This document shows positions 25,757 through 38,520 of a stretch of DNA of 64,000 bases, piece after piece (positions within the stretch are counted from its first letter, which is position 1; every line of letters begins with the position of its first letter). Location of the stretch: contig OZ024743.1 in the NCBI GenBank assembly GCA_964016885.1, positions 242,792,001 to 242,856,000 of the forward strand, in the 5' to 3' direction. The notes under the pieces are model-generated. The model worked only from the letters and a program-made list of their open reading frames with translations. It was not told where the DNA came from and made no database searches. Made by a program: the position numbers and the translations under genes. The DNA is from Eledone cirrhosa. Its lineage: Eukaryota.

Positions 25757-26182
25757 ATTGTATATTATTATCATACTGTATATTACTATCATACTATATA
25801 TTATTACCATAACACTGTATATTATTATCATAACACTATATATTATTATCATATATACTGCTTTGATGCATAGAGTTACGGTCCTTGCCATTCTGAGTTC
25901 AAATCCCGCCGAGGTTTTTCATCTTTACGGGGTCGATAAAATAAAGTACCAGTAATGCACTGGGTAATTGCTTCTCTTGTGCCAAAAGTAGAAACAATTA
26001 TTATCATATATACTGCATATTATTATCATATACACTGTATATTATTAGATACGCAGTATATTATTATCATATACACTGTATATTATTATCATATACACTG
26101 TATATTATTATCATAACACTCTATATTATTATCATATACATTATATATTATTATCATATACACTCTATATTATTATCCTATA
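25757..26182. repeat. Degenerate ~20-bp AT-rich tandem repeat with a truncated SINE (25857-26000) inside
   Basis: TATATTATTATCATATACACTG-like units flank a SINE body. Confidence 0.7.
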
Positions 26183-26491
26183 TAATACGTAAATAAAATC
26201 CATTAAATTTCAGTTTTAAAAAAAATGTTTTCTTTCTTTTAGGGGAGGTAACTCTTAGTGTTATTTTTGGCTGCTGAAATATAAAAACTGCCTCTCTCTA
26301 TTTCTCTGTTCAGACCTGCAGTGGGAAGAGCCCTGTCAGGTTGAAATGCATAGAATACACTATATATATATATATACCACTACGGCGCCCATACGACTCA
26401 ATGAAGAGTAAAGAGTCCATAGTGTTGTATTCTTGAGACATTATTCTTTTATTCTTCTATATAATAAACCCAAGACTATTTCAGGCATTTT

Positions 26492-26685
26492 CAGACCTGC
26501 CAACCTCTAAAAACCCAAATGGGTAGTACCATGAAAAAAGAGCCCCAAAACGAGGAAAAATGAGGCAAAATAGGGAAACTTTATATAATGAAAGCTATAC
26601 ACATTTTCACAAGAGAAGATATCTCCCACCCACCTCAAAGTGGGTGGGAGATCTTCCAATTGGATGGAGAGAGTTGACAGGTCTG
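26492..26685. mobile_element. Short MITE
   Basis: TIRs CAGACCTGCCAAC / GTTGACAGGTCTG, CATTTT on both sides, internal hairpin ATCTCCCACCCAC..GTGGGTGGGAGAT. Confidence 0.6.
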
Positions 26686-28294
26686 CATTTTGGTACTAAA
26701 AGGGTTAATAACAATATGAATTTATTCTGTAAGTGGTAAAAGTAAGGAATATTTTGTCCTTGTTAATTTTCTAAAACATGCAATAATCTCCTACCTACAC
26801 CCTATTGACATTTCCAAAATAATCACCCATATGTTTCACAACAATCATCATCATCATCATCATCATGGTTTAACTTCTATCTTCCATGCTAGCATGGCTC
26901 AAACTATTCTATCAATGCTGCATAACACTTTCAATACCAATCTACCTGAAACCACTCCTGGTTCTAACATACAAAACTGTTTGCTTTAAAGTCTTTATAT
27001 TTATCTAAAGACGATCCATCATAATGTTATATAAGAACCTTTGTTAAATTATGTTACTAACACCAACTTAATAATGGGCGAGTTAGTTATTTTACTTAAT
27101 GCCTCCAAATTCTTGATTATTTTCAAAATGATTTGAAAATAATAGGTAGTGTCTTTCATTAAAAATATGGTAATGACTTGGTTAAGGTCATACAAAGTGG
27201 TAATGATGATGATGATGGTGGAAGTGGTTATAATAATGTTGATGGTGATGATGTCTTAGGAAGAATCAGGGATTCCAGGAGTGGACTAAAAAAAACCTCT
27301 TTGGGGTGAAAGCTAATATAAGGTGTCCATGTGAGATATAACAACAACATAAAATAACAATTTATACCAATATAAGAAATAATTCGCTCTACATGGCTGA
27401 ATACAATAAATGTAACCAGAAACATTAGTGTCTGCAGTTCTGTTTGCATGCCAACACAAGAGCAAGAATGAAGTGTTCATTCTACTGACATGGCTATAAA
27501 ATTGAGGCTTGTTTGCAAAATTGCAAACGAATCGAATGTTATTATTAATATTCGAAAAACTCAGATTACATTTAAGAAATAATTATATTCCTTCTAACAA
27601 TATAAATATCTTCCAAGTTATTAAATATTTTTATATTGTCACAGTAGCCTTAAATCCCAAAAGTGTGCTCAAACATCGCTTCCCGAATGATGGTGTTGGG
27701 GAGCACTCTCTGGTGTGCAGGACAAATAAATTAGAAGCAAAAACAATAACAATAATTCTTTCTAAAGTTGGCACAAGTTCAGCAATCTGGAGAAAGAGGA
27801 GAGTCAATTATATTGATCCCGAAAGGATGAAAGACAAAGTTATGTTCAGTGGCATTTGAAACTGTAATGTAGAAAGTCTGAGTTCAAATCCTGCCGAAGC
27901 CAACTTTGCCATGGCAGGATTTATATTGTGTATATGCACCTGTAGCTCATGAAGGGGTCAAAGAGGCAGTGACATTCAGTGTTTCTTGGACATTTTATAC
28001 CTGACAGAGCCCATCTCCTCACCAGATCTAAACACAGCCAATTTCTTCCAGAGAAAGAGTGGGAGTGATAGAGAGGAAGTGAGAAAGAGATATAGAGGAA
28101 GAATTGACCCCAATAAAAGGACTGGTACATTTTTCATCGACCTCAAAACGATGAAAGGCAGGATTTGAACTCAGAGTAGGAACAAATACAGCAAAGCATT
28201 CTATTCAACATTCTAACAACTCTGCCAATTCGCTGCCTATTTGCTGGGATTTGGCAAAAACATAAAAAGAAAATCTATAAAAATAATGACTTAC

Positions 28295-29067
28295 TTCATA
28301 AATTCTTGTAGTTCTTCAATTTCCAAATCTGGATTATTTTCTAAGTTAATTGCCAATTGGCTATCATCCAGTGCCCCACTTGCTAAGTTGGACACTGTGT
28401 CGTTAACCCGTGAAGCTGGTGAGTTCTGTGTTGCTGACAAAGAATTGGGCACTGTAGAGTTTTGAGATGCTGTGATGGTTGAATGACTGTCGGTATACGA
28501 CAATGGTCGGTTAGTAGTAGCTAAAGAATTTCCTGCAGGCCCTCCTCCTCCTCCTGCTCCTAGCGACATGGAATTGTGAACAGAATTGTGGGCCCGCTGT
28601 ATCTGACTGTTTTCTTGTAGAGACTCATCATGGTTATTCTCAGTGCACTCCTCCCGTGGCCGTTTATTGCTAGGAGGTTTAAGATCTGATTGTCCGTTGT
28701 CTGACTGTGGAGATGATGATGAGAATGACGGCCGAGATGATGTGTACAATGAATATTGTCCGTTCGACCGTGACACTGCCATGCCCTGGCTAAGGGCAAA
28801 GGCAGTGGTCGTGGTGGGCACATTTGTGACACTAGACTGCGCATTGGCAGTGACGGCAACATTGAGCGTTTGGCTCGCTGTTGCCGTGGAAGAAGGGGAA
28901 GCACCACTGGCTGGAACTGTGTACAAGAGTCCAAGCTCTTGATCAATACGGTCGAAGCGCTCAAAAGCTTCTACAACTTGTTCCTTGGTTATTCCACTGT
29001 TGCGCAGTCGCCGAATCAATTCAATCTGTTCAATTGTAAACATTGGATAGTTTGTAGCTGACGACGA
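28295..29067 (-). CDS. HMBOX1: Coding exon of an HMBOX1/HNF1-class homeobox gene (N-terminal domain plus low-complexity linker)
   Basis: Translation MFTIEQIELIRRLRNSGITKEQVVEAFERFDRIDQELG resembles the vertebrate HMBOX1 N-terminus as I recall it (RFTIEQIDLLQRLRRTGMTKHEILHALETLDRLDQE). Polypyrimidine-TGCAG acceptor ends at 29068; GTAAGT donor starts at 28294 (phase 2). The ORF-track stop is part of the donor. Confidence 0.85.
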
Positions 29068-29535
29068 CTGCAAAATAAAAAAAAAGGGATATGAGAAAGT
29101 GTCACAAGAGAAAAGACAATATGGCTAAATGGTAAAGTATATAAATTTAAATAATTTTAAAACCATTCAATGCATTAGAAAATTAAAGGTGCCAAGATAA
29201 TGATAGAATTTTTATCCCAAATATTTTCAGGTTTAAAAACCCATTATCAAGGGAGTATCTCTGTGAAGGTCTTAAAGGACCAGTCAGAGATGAGTTGTTG
29301 TTATGGCAGATTTAGTTTAAATGTAAGGAAAAGATGTTAAAATTTCTATATGTTAGCAATAAATATAAGGGACATCAATAAAGGGAGGGAATCAATAAAT
29401 GAGGACATTGATAAATGGGGGGAATCAATAGATTGTGAAATCAATAAATAGGGACATCAGTATATGAGAACAATAATACATGATGACAGTGAAGGCATGT
29501 GGTTTAATGGTTAAGATGTTTGGCTCAGGGTTGTA

Positions 29536-30381
29536 TCACCATCATTCTCATCATCATCATCACCATTATTCTCATCATCATCGTCATTTTCATCCCCACC
29601 ATCATTCCCATCAACACCATTATTCTCATCACCATCACTCTCAACATCATCATCACCATCATTCTCATCATCACCATCATCACCATCATTCTCATCATTC
29701 TCATCATTCCCATCATCATCATCATTCTCATCATCACCATCATCACCATCATCACCATCATTCTCATCATCATCATCATTCTCATCATCACCATCATTCC
29801 CATCATCACCATCATCACCATCATTCTCATCATCACCATCATTCCCATCATTACCATCATTCTCATCATCACCATCATTCCCATCATCACCATCATCACC
29901 ATCATTCTCATCATTCCCATCATTCCCATCATTCTCATCATCACCATCATCACCATCATTCTCATCATCACCATTCTCATCATCACCATCATCACCATCA
30001 TCACCATCATTACCATCATTCTCATCATCACCATCATCACCATCATTCCCATCATCATCATCATTCCCATCATTCCCATCATTCTCATCATCACCATCAT
30101 CACCATCATTCTCATCATCATCATTCTCATCATTACCATCACCATCATTCCCATCATCACCATCATTCCCATCATCACCATCATTCTCATCATCACCATC
30201 ATTCTCATCATCACCATCATCACCATCATTCTCATCATCATCATCACCATCATTACCATCATCACCATCATTCCCATCATCACCATCATTCCCATCATCA
30301 CCATCATTCTCATCATCACCATCATTCTCATCATCACCATCATTCTCATCATCATCATCATCACCATCATTCTCATCATTA
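29536..30381. repeat. Degenerate (CAT/CAC/TCT/TCC) trinucleotide array
   Basis: Directly visible; source of the spurious His-, Ile-, Asp- and Met-rich ORFs. Confidence 0.95.
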
Positions 30382-30625
30382 TCCACTTTTATATGCTTGT
30401 ATATTTTGGATAGGTCTTCCCTAGCACAGCTTCCAACCACTTAATACATTCCTTCATCTCCTGAGATCAACTCTCACTATTTCTGTTCAGGTTTTCCTCG
30501 GACTTCTTCTACAGCTTCCTTTTACTAGGATCTCTTGGCACATCTTCACCCAACAACGATCATTATCACGTGTCCATACCAACACAATCTATTCTTTTTA
30601 CAATACATCTGATTCCTCTTATAAG
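30375..30625 (-). mobile_element. Old RTE 3' fragment
   Basis: Reverse strand shows remnants of RGIRC / WYGHV / GKP and an RTE-like 3' end abutting the CAT array. Confidence 0.55.
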
Positions 30626-31147
30626 CTGACTCCAGGAGATTGTTCAGATATCTCTATAACTTTCATAGTGGCCATGAACTATGTGGATTTGTAAGTTCTT
30701 TTGTTCAGGGAATTCCTTTTAATGTTAGCCATTAGTGAGAGTGTTACAAACTTGTCACTTGACAGCTTGAGGCAAGTTGATTCTTTAGAAAGAGTCCAAA
30801 GAAACAAGAATCTGTTAAAAGCTTACAATTAATTCTAAGTCTTCTTATATTTTCCTCTTCTCTTAAATCTATTGAATTCTGTCATTAGGAGACATTTTTA
30901 AATACAGATATTTTTTCTTAGTGACTTTTTTTTCATAACTTCATGGAACCAACAATCTCTTTGAAAACAATTAAAGAACTTAACAGAATCTTATTATAAT
31001 CTTCTTATCAAAATTCTAACCAGTTTCAGTTCAAATCCCACACAGGTAAACTTTTCACACCGATACTCTAAAAGTACCAGTTAAATACTGGGGCCAATTT
31101 AAATTCCAATAATGCCTCCTAGATGAGAATGGAATTATAAGTATGGA

Positions 31148-31540
31148 ATGTAACAGATGTGTAGAGAGTAGCAGATGATTGAGTATAACAGATTTGTTGA
31201 GTGTAATAGATATGTGGAGTGTAATAGTGTAAAAGATGTGTGTAACAATGTAACAGATGTGTAAAGTATAACAGGTGCATGGAGTGTAATACATGTGTGA
31301 AGTGTAACAGATGTGTGGAGTGTAACAGATGAGTGGAGTGTAACAGATGTGTAGAGTGTAACAAATGAGTGGAGTGTAATAGTTGTGTGGAGTAACAGGT
31401 GTTGAGCGCAACAGATGTGTTGAGTTTAACAGATGAGTGGAGTTTAATAGATGTGTGGAGTGTAATAGATGTGTTAAGTGTAACAGATGAGTGGAGTTTA
31501 ATAGATGTGTGGAGTGTAACAGATGTGTTGAGTGTAATTG
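31148..31540. repeat. 18-bp minisatellite (GTGTAACAGATGTGTGGA)
   Basis: Tandem units visible. Confidence 0.88.
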
Positions 31541-32009
31541 AAAACAACAAGACTTTCCCTGATTCTGTTATTCTTTAACTGGTTTCAGCCATTTGACTGT
31601 GGCCATGCTGGGGCACCGCAGTATAAATGAAGATACATTACACTAATCTAACACAGCAGATATTCATTATTATTATTTTTTTTTTTTGTGACACTTTAGT
31701 AACTTGACCAATACAATTTTAACTCAACAAAAATATATAAAACTATGAATTCTTTTTCATGTGGGGTAGAAATACTAATTTTAATGAAAGGTCTGACAAA
31801 CAGAGGGAGTGGTGAATGTAACAATATTTTAAAGAGTTTGAAATAAAAAAAAAGAAAAGAAAGAAAGAAAAATGTAAACATCAGAAATTCAAAAATTATA
31901 TTTGGTTTCCAAGAATCTTAGAAATGCATAATTGGACTTAATCACTGAAAATTGCCTAAAGCTGTGTTTCATATTGAAGCAATCAATACAGCCAGACATC
32001 TATTGACAG

Positions 32010-32235
32010 AACCACAACAACAACCACTACAACAACTACAATAACAACCACTACAACAATAACAGCTACAACAACAAAAAACAGCCACACCAGCAACCAC
32101 TACCACAATAGCAGCCACACCAACAACAACCACATCCACTACAACAATACAACAACCACATCCACAATAACTATGCAACAACAACCACAACAACATCAAC
32201 GACAATAACAACCACAACAACAACAAATACAACTA
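32010..32235. repeat. Degenerate (CAA)n
   Basis: Directly visible. Confidence 0.85.
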
Positions 32236-33111
32236 ACTTTTGAAGGCAGAACTATAGAAAATTGACAACCTATACTTTATGTAATAATTCAGGCATGACT
32301 CAGAATATTGCTAATCCATGTTCAAATCCTGCCAAGGTGAACTTAGCCTTTAAAGGGTGAGATGGAAAAAAACAGAATATTGCTAAATATGCAAAATTTG
32401 GAATATAACAAGAATATTGAATATGTAGAATACAGTCTGGCTGAGCATGACAACCTCTCTAGTGCTGGTACCATGATGAAATACACCCAGTACATTCTAT
32501 AAAGTGGTAGTGACAGTGCCATGATAAAATACACCCAGTGCATTCTGTAAAGTGGGAGTGACAGCGCTATGATGAAATACACCCAGTGCATTCTGTAAAA
32601 TGGGAGTGACTGATTATGATAAAATACACCCAGTACATTCTGTAAGGTTGTTGGCATTAGGAAAGGTGTCAGCCACAGAAACCATGTCAAATATGGAACA
32701 ATGTGCAAGGTCAGATTTCTCCAATCTGTCTAGTATCTGACTATGATAACCCATCCAACCCATATCAGCATGACAAATGGACGTAAAATAATTGCCAGAC
32801 AAGGCCAGACATTTTGGGGGAGGGAAAGTCGATTAAATTGACCCCAGTGCATGAACGATACTTTATTTTATTGATCCCGTAAGGATGAAAGGCAAAGCTA
32901 ACTTCGGCGGGATTTGAACTCAGAACATAAAGGGCCATAACTCTGTGCTGTAAAGCATGGTGTCTGATGCTCTAAATGATGATGATGATGATGATGATGA
33001 TGAACTAAGAACTTTAATACATTTCTAGCAAACTTACTAACTGACCTCAGTGGGATTTGAATTCAGACTACAGAGGACTGGAACAAACACTGTAAAGTAA
33101 TTTTGTCCTAC

Positions 33112-35836
33112 ACCCATGAAAAATGCACCTCCCAACATAGACTGATAATTAGCGACCTCATAGTCAGGACGAGACGTACTCGACAGCAGAAGAGGACTAT
33201 CCTCAGGAGAAAAATATGGAAGCTAAAGGACCCCACAGCCAGAAATAAATTTCAAAGCATATTACTTGATGCTTTCGACAGTAAGGAAGAGCATTTAGAG
33301 TCGTACAATATAGAGGAAGAGTGGGAATTCCTGAAAGCAAACCTGCTGATGGCGGCAGACAAAGTCTGTGGCCGGAGCAGGCCTATAGGCAGGAGGAGAG
33401 TAACATGGTGGTGGAATAGTAAGGTGGAGGAGTCAATTAAGGCCAAAAAGCAGGCTTGGAAAGTATGGCGGGATGGGGGAAGTAGAGAAGACTATCAAGT
33501 GGCCAGGAGGGAAGCTAGGAGACAAGTGTACTTTGCAAGAAGGGAAGCAGAGGAAAGAAAGTTCAAGCATGTTCTACAACGCGAGGACCAAAAACGTGAG
33601 GTGTTCAGGATTGCTAGGCAATGTGTCAAGGAAAACCGTGATATTGTCGGGGAGAAGTGTGTACTAAATGATGATGGCGTACTTGCCATCACTGACGCTG
33701 ATAAGAAGGTAGCTTGGAAGTGTCACTACGAAAGGCTACTAAATGAGGAGAATAAATGGGAGAAGGACAGTCTCCCCCACATCGACCCAATAGAGGGACC
33801 AGCAGTGTTAGTTGAAGGTAGTATAATAAGTAAGGCAATCAAAGATATGAAGACGAGTAAGGCGGCTGGGCCTTCGGAAATAGTTGCTGAGATGCTGAAA
33901 GCCTCTGGAACGGTGGGACACACCATGGTCACCCGGATAGTAAACCAAGTCATACAGAATGGGGTTGTTCCGAAGGACTGGCGTAGCAGCATCATCAATA
34001 ACTGTTATAAGGGTAAAGGAGATGCCCTAGATAGGAGTAACTATAGAGGCATTAAATTAATCGACCAGGTCATGAAGGTCACGGAAAAAGTAATAGTGCA
34101 ACTAATCAGAGAAAGAATTGATCTAGATGAAATGCAGTTCGGGTTTGTGTCAGGCAAAAGTACCACAGACGCTCTTTTCATTGTACGACAACTACAGGAG
34201 AAGTACCTAGCTAAAAGTAAACCCCTATACTTAGCTTTTGTCGACTTGGAGAAAGCCTTCGACAGAGTCCCCCGTTCCATTATCTGGTGGGCTCTTAGAA
34301 AACTAGGTGTTGATGAATGGCTTGTGAGAGCTATACAAGCCATGTATAAAGAAACAGTCAGCAAGGTTAGAATTAACAACGAATATAGTGAAGAGTTTAG
34401 CGTAAAAGTTGGTGTTCATCAGGGCTCTGTTCTTAGCCCCCTACTATTTATTATTGCCCTTCAGGCTATAACAGTAGAGTTCAAGAGCAGCTGCCCATGG
34501 GAACTCCTATACGCAGGTGATCTAACGCTCATAGCTGAATCAATGGCCGAGCTAGAGAAGAAATTCCAAACATGGAAGCACGGCCTAGAATCAAAAGGCC
34601 TTAAAATTAACCTGGCTAAGACTAAAGTTCTAGTTTGTAGGAAAGAAAATAAGGCGCCGGTCCCTTCCGAGAAATGGCCATGCTCAGTGTGTAGGAAAGG
34701 CGTAGGTAGAAACTCGATTTTATGTCCCAAATGCAAAGTATGGGTGCATAAAAGATGTAGTGGGATCACAGGTAAGCTAACTAAGAACATAGATTTTACA
34801 TGTGGCCGGTGCTCTGGTGCAATAAGTAGCAGCAAGTGCCCAGAAAATACTAGCTCTTTCAATTGCGCAGAGGGTTCTATAGAAATAGTGGACAGCTTCC
34901 GTTACCTGGGTGACAAAATCACCAGTGGGGGAGGGTGCTCTGAAAGTACAGTAGCTAGAGTCAGAACTGGATGGAAAAAGTTCAGAGAGCTTATACCACT
35001 ATTAGCCGCTAAAGGGTTCTCCCTAAAAATGAAAGGCAGGTTGTATGATGCCTGCATACGAACAGCAATGTTGCATGGCAGTGAGACCTGGGCATTGTGT
35101 GCAGAGGATATACGCAGACTAGAGAGGAACGAAGCTTGCATGCTCCGCTGGATGTGTAATAGTAATATACGTGAACGGCAAAGCATTAATGAACTAAGGG
35201 AAAAATTAGAAATAAGAGGGATCAGATGTTGTGTACTCGAGAGAAGGCTACGTTGGTATGGTCACGTGATGCGCATGAAAGACGACAGCTGTATAAAAAA
35301 GTGCAGGGCAATAAAGGTAGACGGTAGCCACGGAGTAGGCAGACCCAGAAAAACCTGGGACGACTTGATAAACTCCGACCTCACACACTTACACCTCACC
35401 AAGACAATGTCACTGGACCGAGATCTTTGGCCGTACTCAGTAATAGAGAAGACCCGCCTTACCTAAATACAAAGTAAAACCTACTACAGTCAGTAGGCAC
35501 CTCTAACAAAATACACCCCCGTCCCACCACCCCCACCCCATCCACACCGCCCCTTTCAATGTAAAGTTATGTTGGTGCCACAACATCCAGGCCGAAACAA
35601 ATGAGATCGTGTAGGTGTCACGAAAAAAAAACACACAGTCCACACTGTAATGTGGCCGTGTAGGCAACACAGTAAAAACCTCCCAGTCCCACACTGTAAA
35701 TGTGGTTGGTGTTAGGAAGGGCATCCAGCTGTAGAAAACCCGCCAGACAGTCCTATGCGAGCAAGACAACCACTCTTGCCTCAAGTGGGAAAACTCCCGT
35801 CCAAACCCATGCAAGCGTGGAATGTGGACGTTAAAC

Positions 35837-35868
<32 letters not shown>
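33112..35868 (+). mobile_element. RTE LINE, 5'-truncated at the end of the APE domain; 787-aa open frame; RT motif mutated to YAGD
   Basis: RT motifs YKGKGD..SNYRGI, QFGF, FVDLEKAFD, GVHQGSVLSP, FRYLG; 3' UTR and (GAT)n tail. Confidence 0.96.
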
Positions 35869-35981
35869 CTCTAACAATTCTGACAATTTGTTGTCTTACC
35901 TTCATGGTTTTTCCAACATTTTCATTCCTTCATTTATTTATTTGAGTTTATTATATACATACATCACCATTATCTTATATC

Positions 35982-36170
35982 TCGGTGGATTGGCAGTATC
36001 GGTAGAGGGTCGGACGCCATGCTTTGACGCATAGAGTTACGGCCCTTTCCATTCTGAGTTCAAATCCCGCCGAGGTCAACTTTGCCTGTCATCCTTACGG
36101 GGTCGATAAAATAAAGTACCAGTAATGTACTGGTTAATTGCTGGCCTTGTGCCAAAAATAGAAACAATTA
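35982..36170 (+). mobile_element. Meta-like tRNA SINE
   Basis: Same family as 8015-8202. Confidence 0.8.
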
Positions 36171-36524
36171 TCTTATATCTGTGTGTGTGTGTGTGTGTGT
36201 ATATATTTATCATCTCACTCACGTCGGACGTCTGTACTAATCGCTCATGAAATCCACCCAGCTTATGCTGACCAGGACTACCATGTTGCTTGTTTATTTC
36301 CTTTCTTTGGTTTGTTTTTATCCTTCTATGTTGTTCACTTGTCCCCTTCGCTTTATGCGATTACTGGTCCCAATAACTTTTTGTAGCTTATTGCTCGCAC
36401 CAACCTTAGGTATCTGATTTTTAATGCGATGAAATACCAATGATGGTTGGCAAATCACTGACGAAGGACTATTTTTATTATATGTAACCCATGTGCAAAC
36501 CACGCAGTATTCTTCTTTCTTCTT

Positions 36525-36873
36525 ATCATCATCATCATCATCATCATCATCAACGTTTAACGTCCGTGTTCCACGCTTGCATGGGTTTGGACGGGGGTAG
36601 TCCCACTTGAGGCAAGAGTGATTGTCTTGCTCGCATAGGACTGTCTGGCAGGTTTTCTACAGTTGGATGCCCTTCCTAACACCAACCACATTTACAGTGT
36701 GGGTCTGGGAGGTTTTTACCGTGTTGCCTACACGGCCACATTACAGCGTGGACTGTGTGTTTTTTGTCGTGACACCTACACGATCTCATTTGTTTCGGCC
36801 TGGATGGTGTGGCACCAACATAACTTTACATAGAACGGGGTGGTGTGGATGGGGTGGGGGTGGTGGGACGGGG
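36525..36873 (-). mobile_element. RTE 3' UTR-only copy
   Basis: Near-identical to 14724-15180 but without the internal duplication. Confidence 0.9.
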
Positions 36874-37163
36874 GAGAGAGAGAGAGAGATTAAATAGATA
36901 TAGATATATACATACTTATATAGAGAGAGATAGGTAGATATATATACAAATATATTGTTTTGATATTGTTTTGATGATGTTTTGATAATGTTTCCATATT
37001 GTTTCGATATTGTATTTCAATATTGTATTAATATTATTTCAATATTTTATTGATATTGTATCGATATTGTTTTGATATTATATTGATATTGTTTCGATAC
37101 TGTAACTCAAAATTCAAGAAAATAAATTAGCACAAGGCAAATGTTGACTCTGTAAGCCATGTT

Positions 37164-38520
37164 GAATTTGGAATCAAAAGGTCTGAGAGTAAACTTAGCC
37201 AAACCTAAAGTGTTAGTGAGTAGGAGAGAAGATAGGACCCAGGTTCCCTCAGGGAACTGGCCCTGCTCAATATGTAGAAAAGGAATAGGCATAAACTCCA
37301 TGCAATGTACACAATGTAAATCCTGGGTACACAAAAGATGTAGTGGGATAATGAGTAGACTAAGATGCAGAAGAGAAATCAGAGCCACTGCTCTCCTGGA
37401 CGGAGGGCAGTGGCTCCGATTTCTCTTCTGCATCTTCTACAAGCAAAGTTCTCCCTTCCTCTTAGTCTACTCATTATCCCACTACATCTTTTGTGTACCC
37501 AGGATTTACATTGTGTACATTGCATGGAGTTTATGCCTATTCATTTTCTACATATTGAGCAGGGCCAGTTCCCTGAGAGAACCTGGGTCCTATCTTCTCT
37601 CCTACTCACTAACACTTTAGGTTTGGCTAAGTTTACTCTCAGACCTTTTGATTCCAAATTCAGTTTCCATAATCAGAATTTATTTTCTAGTTCTCTTTTG
37701 GTTTCAGTTATAAGGACCAAATCATCTGGATAGAGAAGACCCCATGTGCAGCCGGTTTTAAACTCCTCTTAAGAACTGAACCTTGATGAACTCCTACCTG
37801 TACCTTGAATTCCTTGCTAAACCCATTTCCTAGGCTCACTTTACTGAAAGCTCCTCTGTACATAGCTTGCACTGCTCTCACAAGCCATTCTTCTACACCT
37901 AATTTATTTAAGGACCGCCAGTTAATACATCAAAGTACTCTGTCATAGGCCTGCTCTAGATCAAAAGCTAAATATAATGGTTTATTTTTGGCTACAAACC
38001 TATCTTGTAGTTGCCTCACTAAGAAGAGAGCATCTGTAGTACTTTTCCCAGGCATGAAACCAAACTGCATCTCATCTATTTTGACTCTTTCCCTAATTAG
38101 CTGTGCTATAACTTTCTCTCTGTCTGTGTGTGTGCACGTGTGCATGCGTGCGTGCATGCATATCAGAGTCCCCCATTCCATATTCTGGTAGGTACTTAGG
38201 AAAACTAGGAGTAAATGAGTGGCGTGTGAGGCCTGTAGAAGCTATGTACAGAAGAGCAGTCGGCAAGGTTAAAATCAATGACTATAGTGAGGAGTTTAGT
38301 GTGCAAGTGGGGGTCCACCAGGGCTTCGTCCTAAGCCCTCTCCAGTTTATTATTGACTTACAGGCTATAACAGGAGAGTTGAAAACAGGCTGCTTGTGAG
38401 ATATTTCCTACATGCAGATGATCTAACTCTCATAGCTGTATCTATGGCAGAATTAAAGAAAAATATTCCAGACTTGGAAGCATTATTTGGAATCAAAAGG
38501 TTAAAGTCAACTTGATAAAA
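37164..38520. mobile_element. Older RTE fragments in both orientations, including a fold-back at 37164-37661
   Basis: ESKGLRVNLAK..WPCSICRKG..HKRC on +, mirrored on -. QFGFMPGKSTTDA on -, and GVHQGFVLSP on +. Confidence 0.85.

Noticed and set aside
28291-29073. Single-exon 260-aa gene as given in the ORF track
   Set aside because: The TTG start lies in a splice acceptor and the TAA stop in a GTAAGT donor, so this is an exon.
29480-30440. His-rich 314-aa and Asp-rich 309-aa ORFs
   Set aside because: A trinucleotide array is open in several frames on both strands; no splice or domain support.
33103-35466. Active or domesticated RT gene
   Set aside because: Lacks nearly all of the APE domain, has a TTG pseudo-start, the catalytic YADD is YAGD, and near-identical copies are present.
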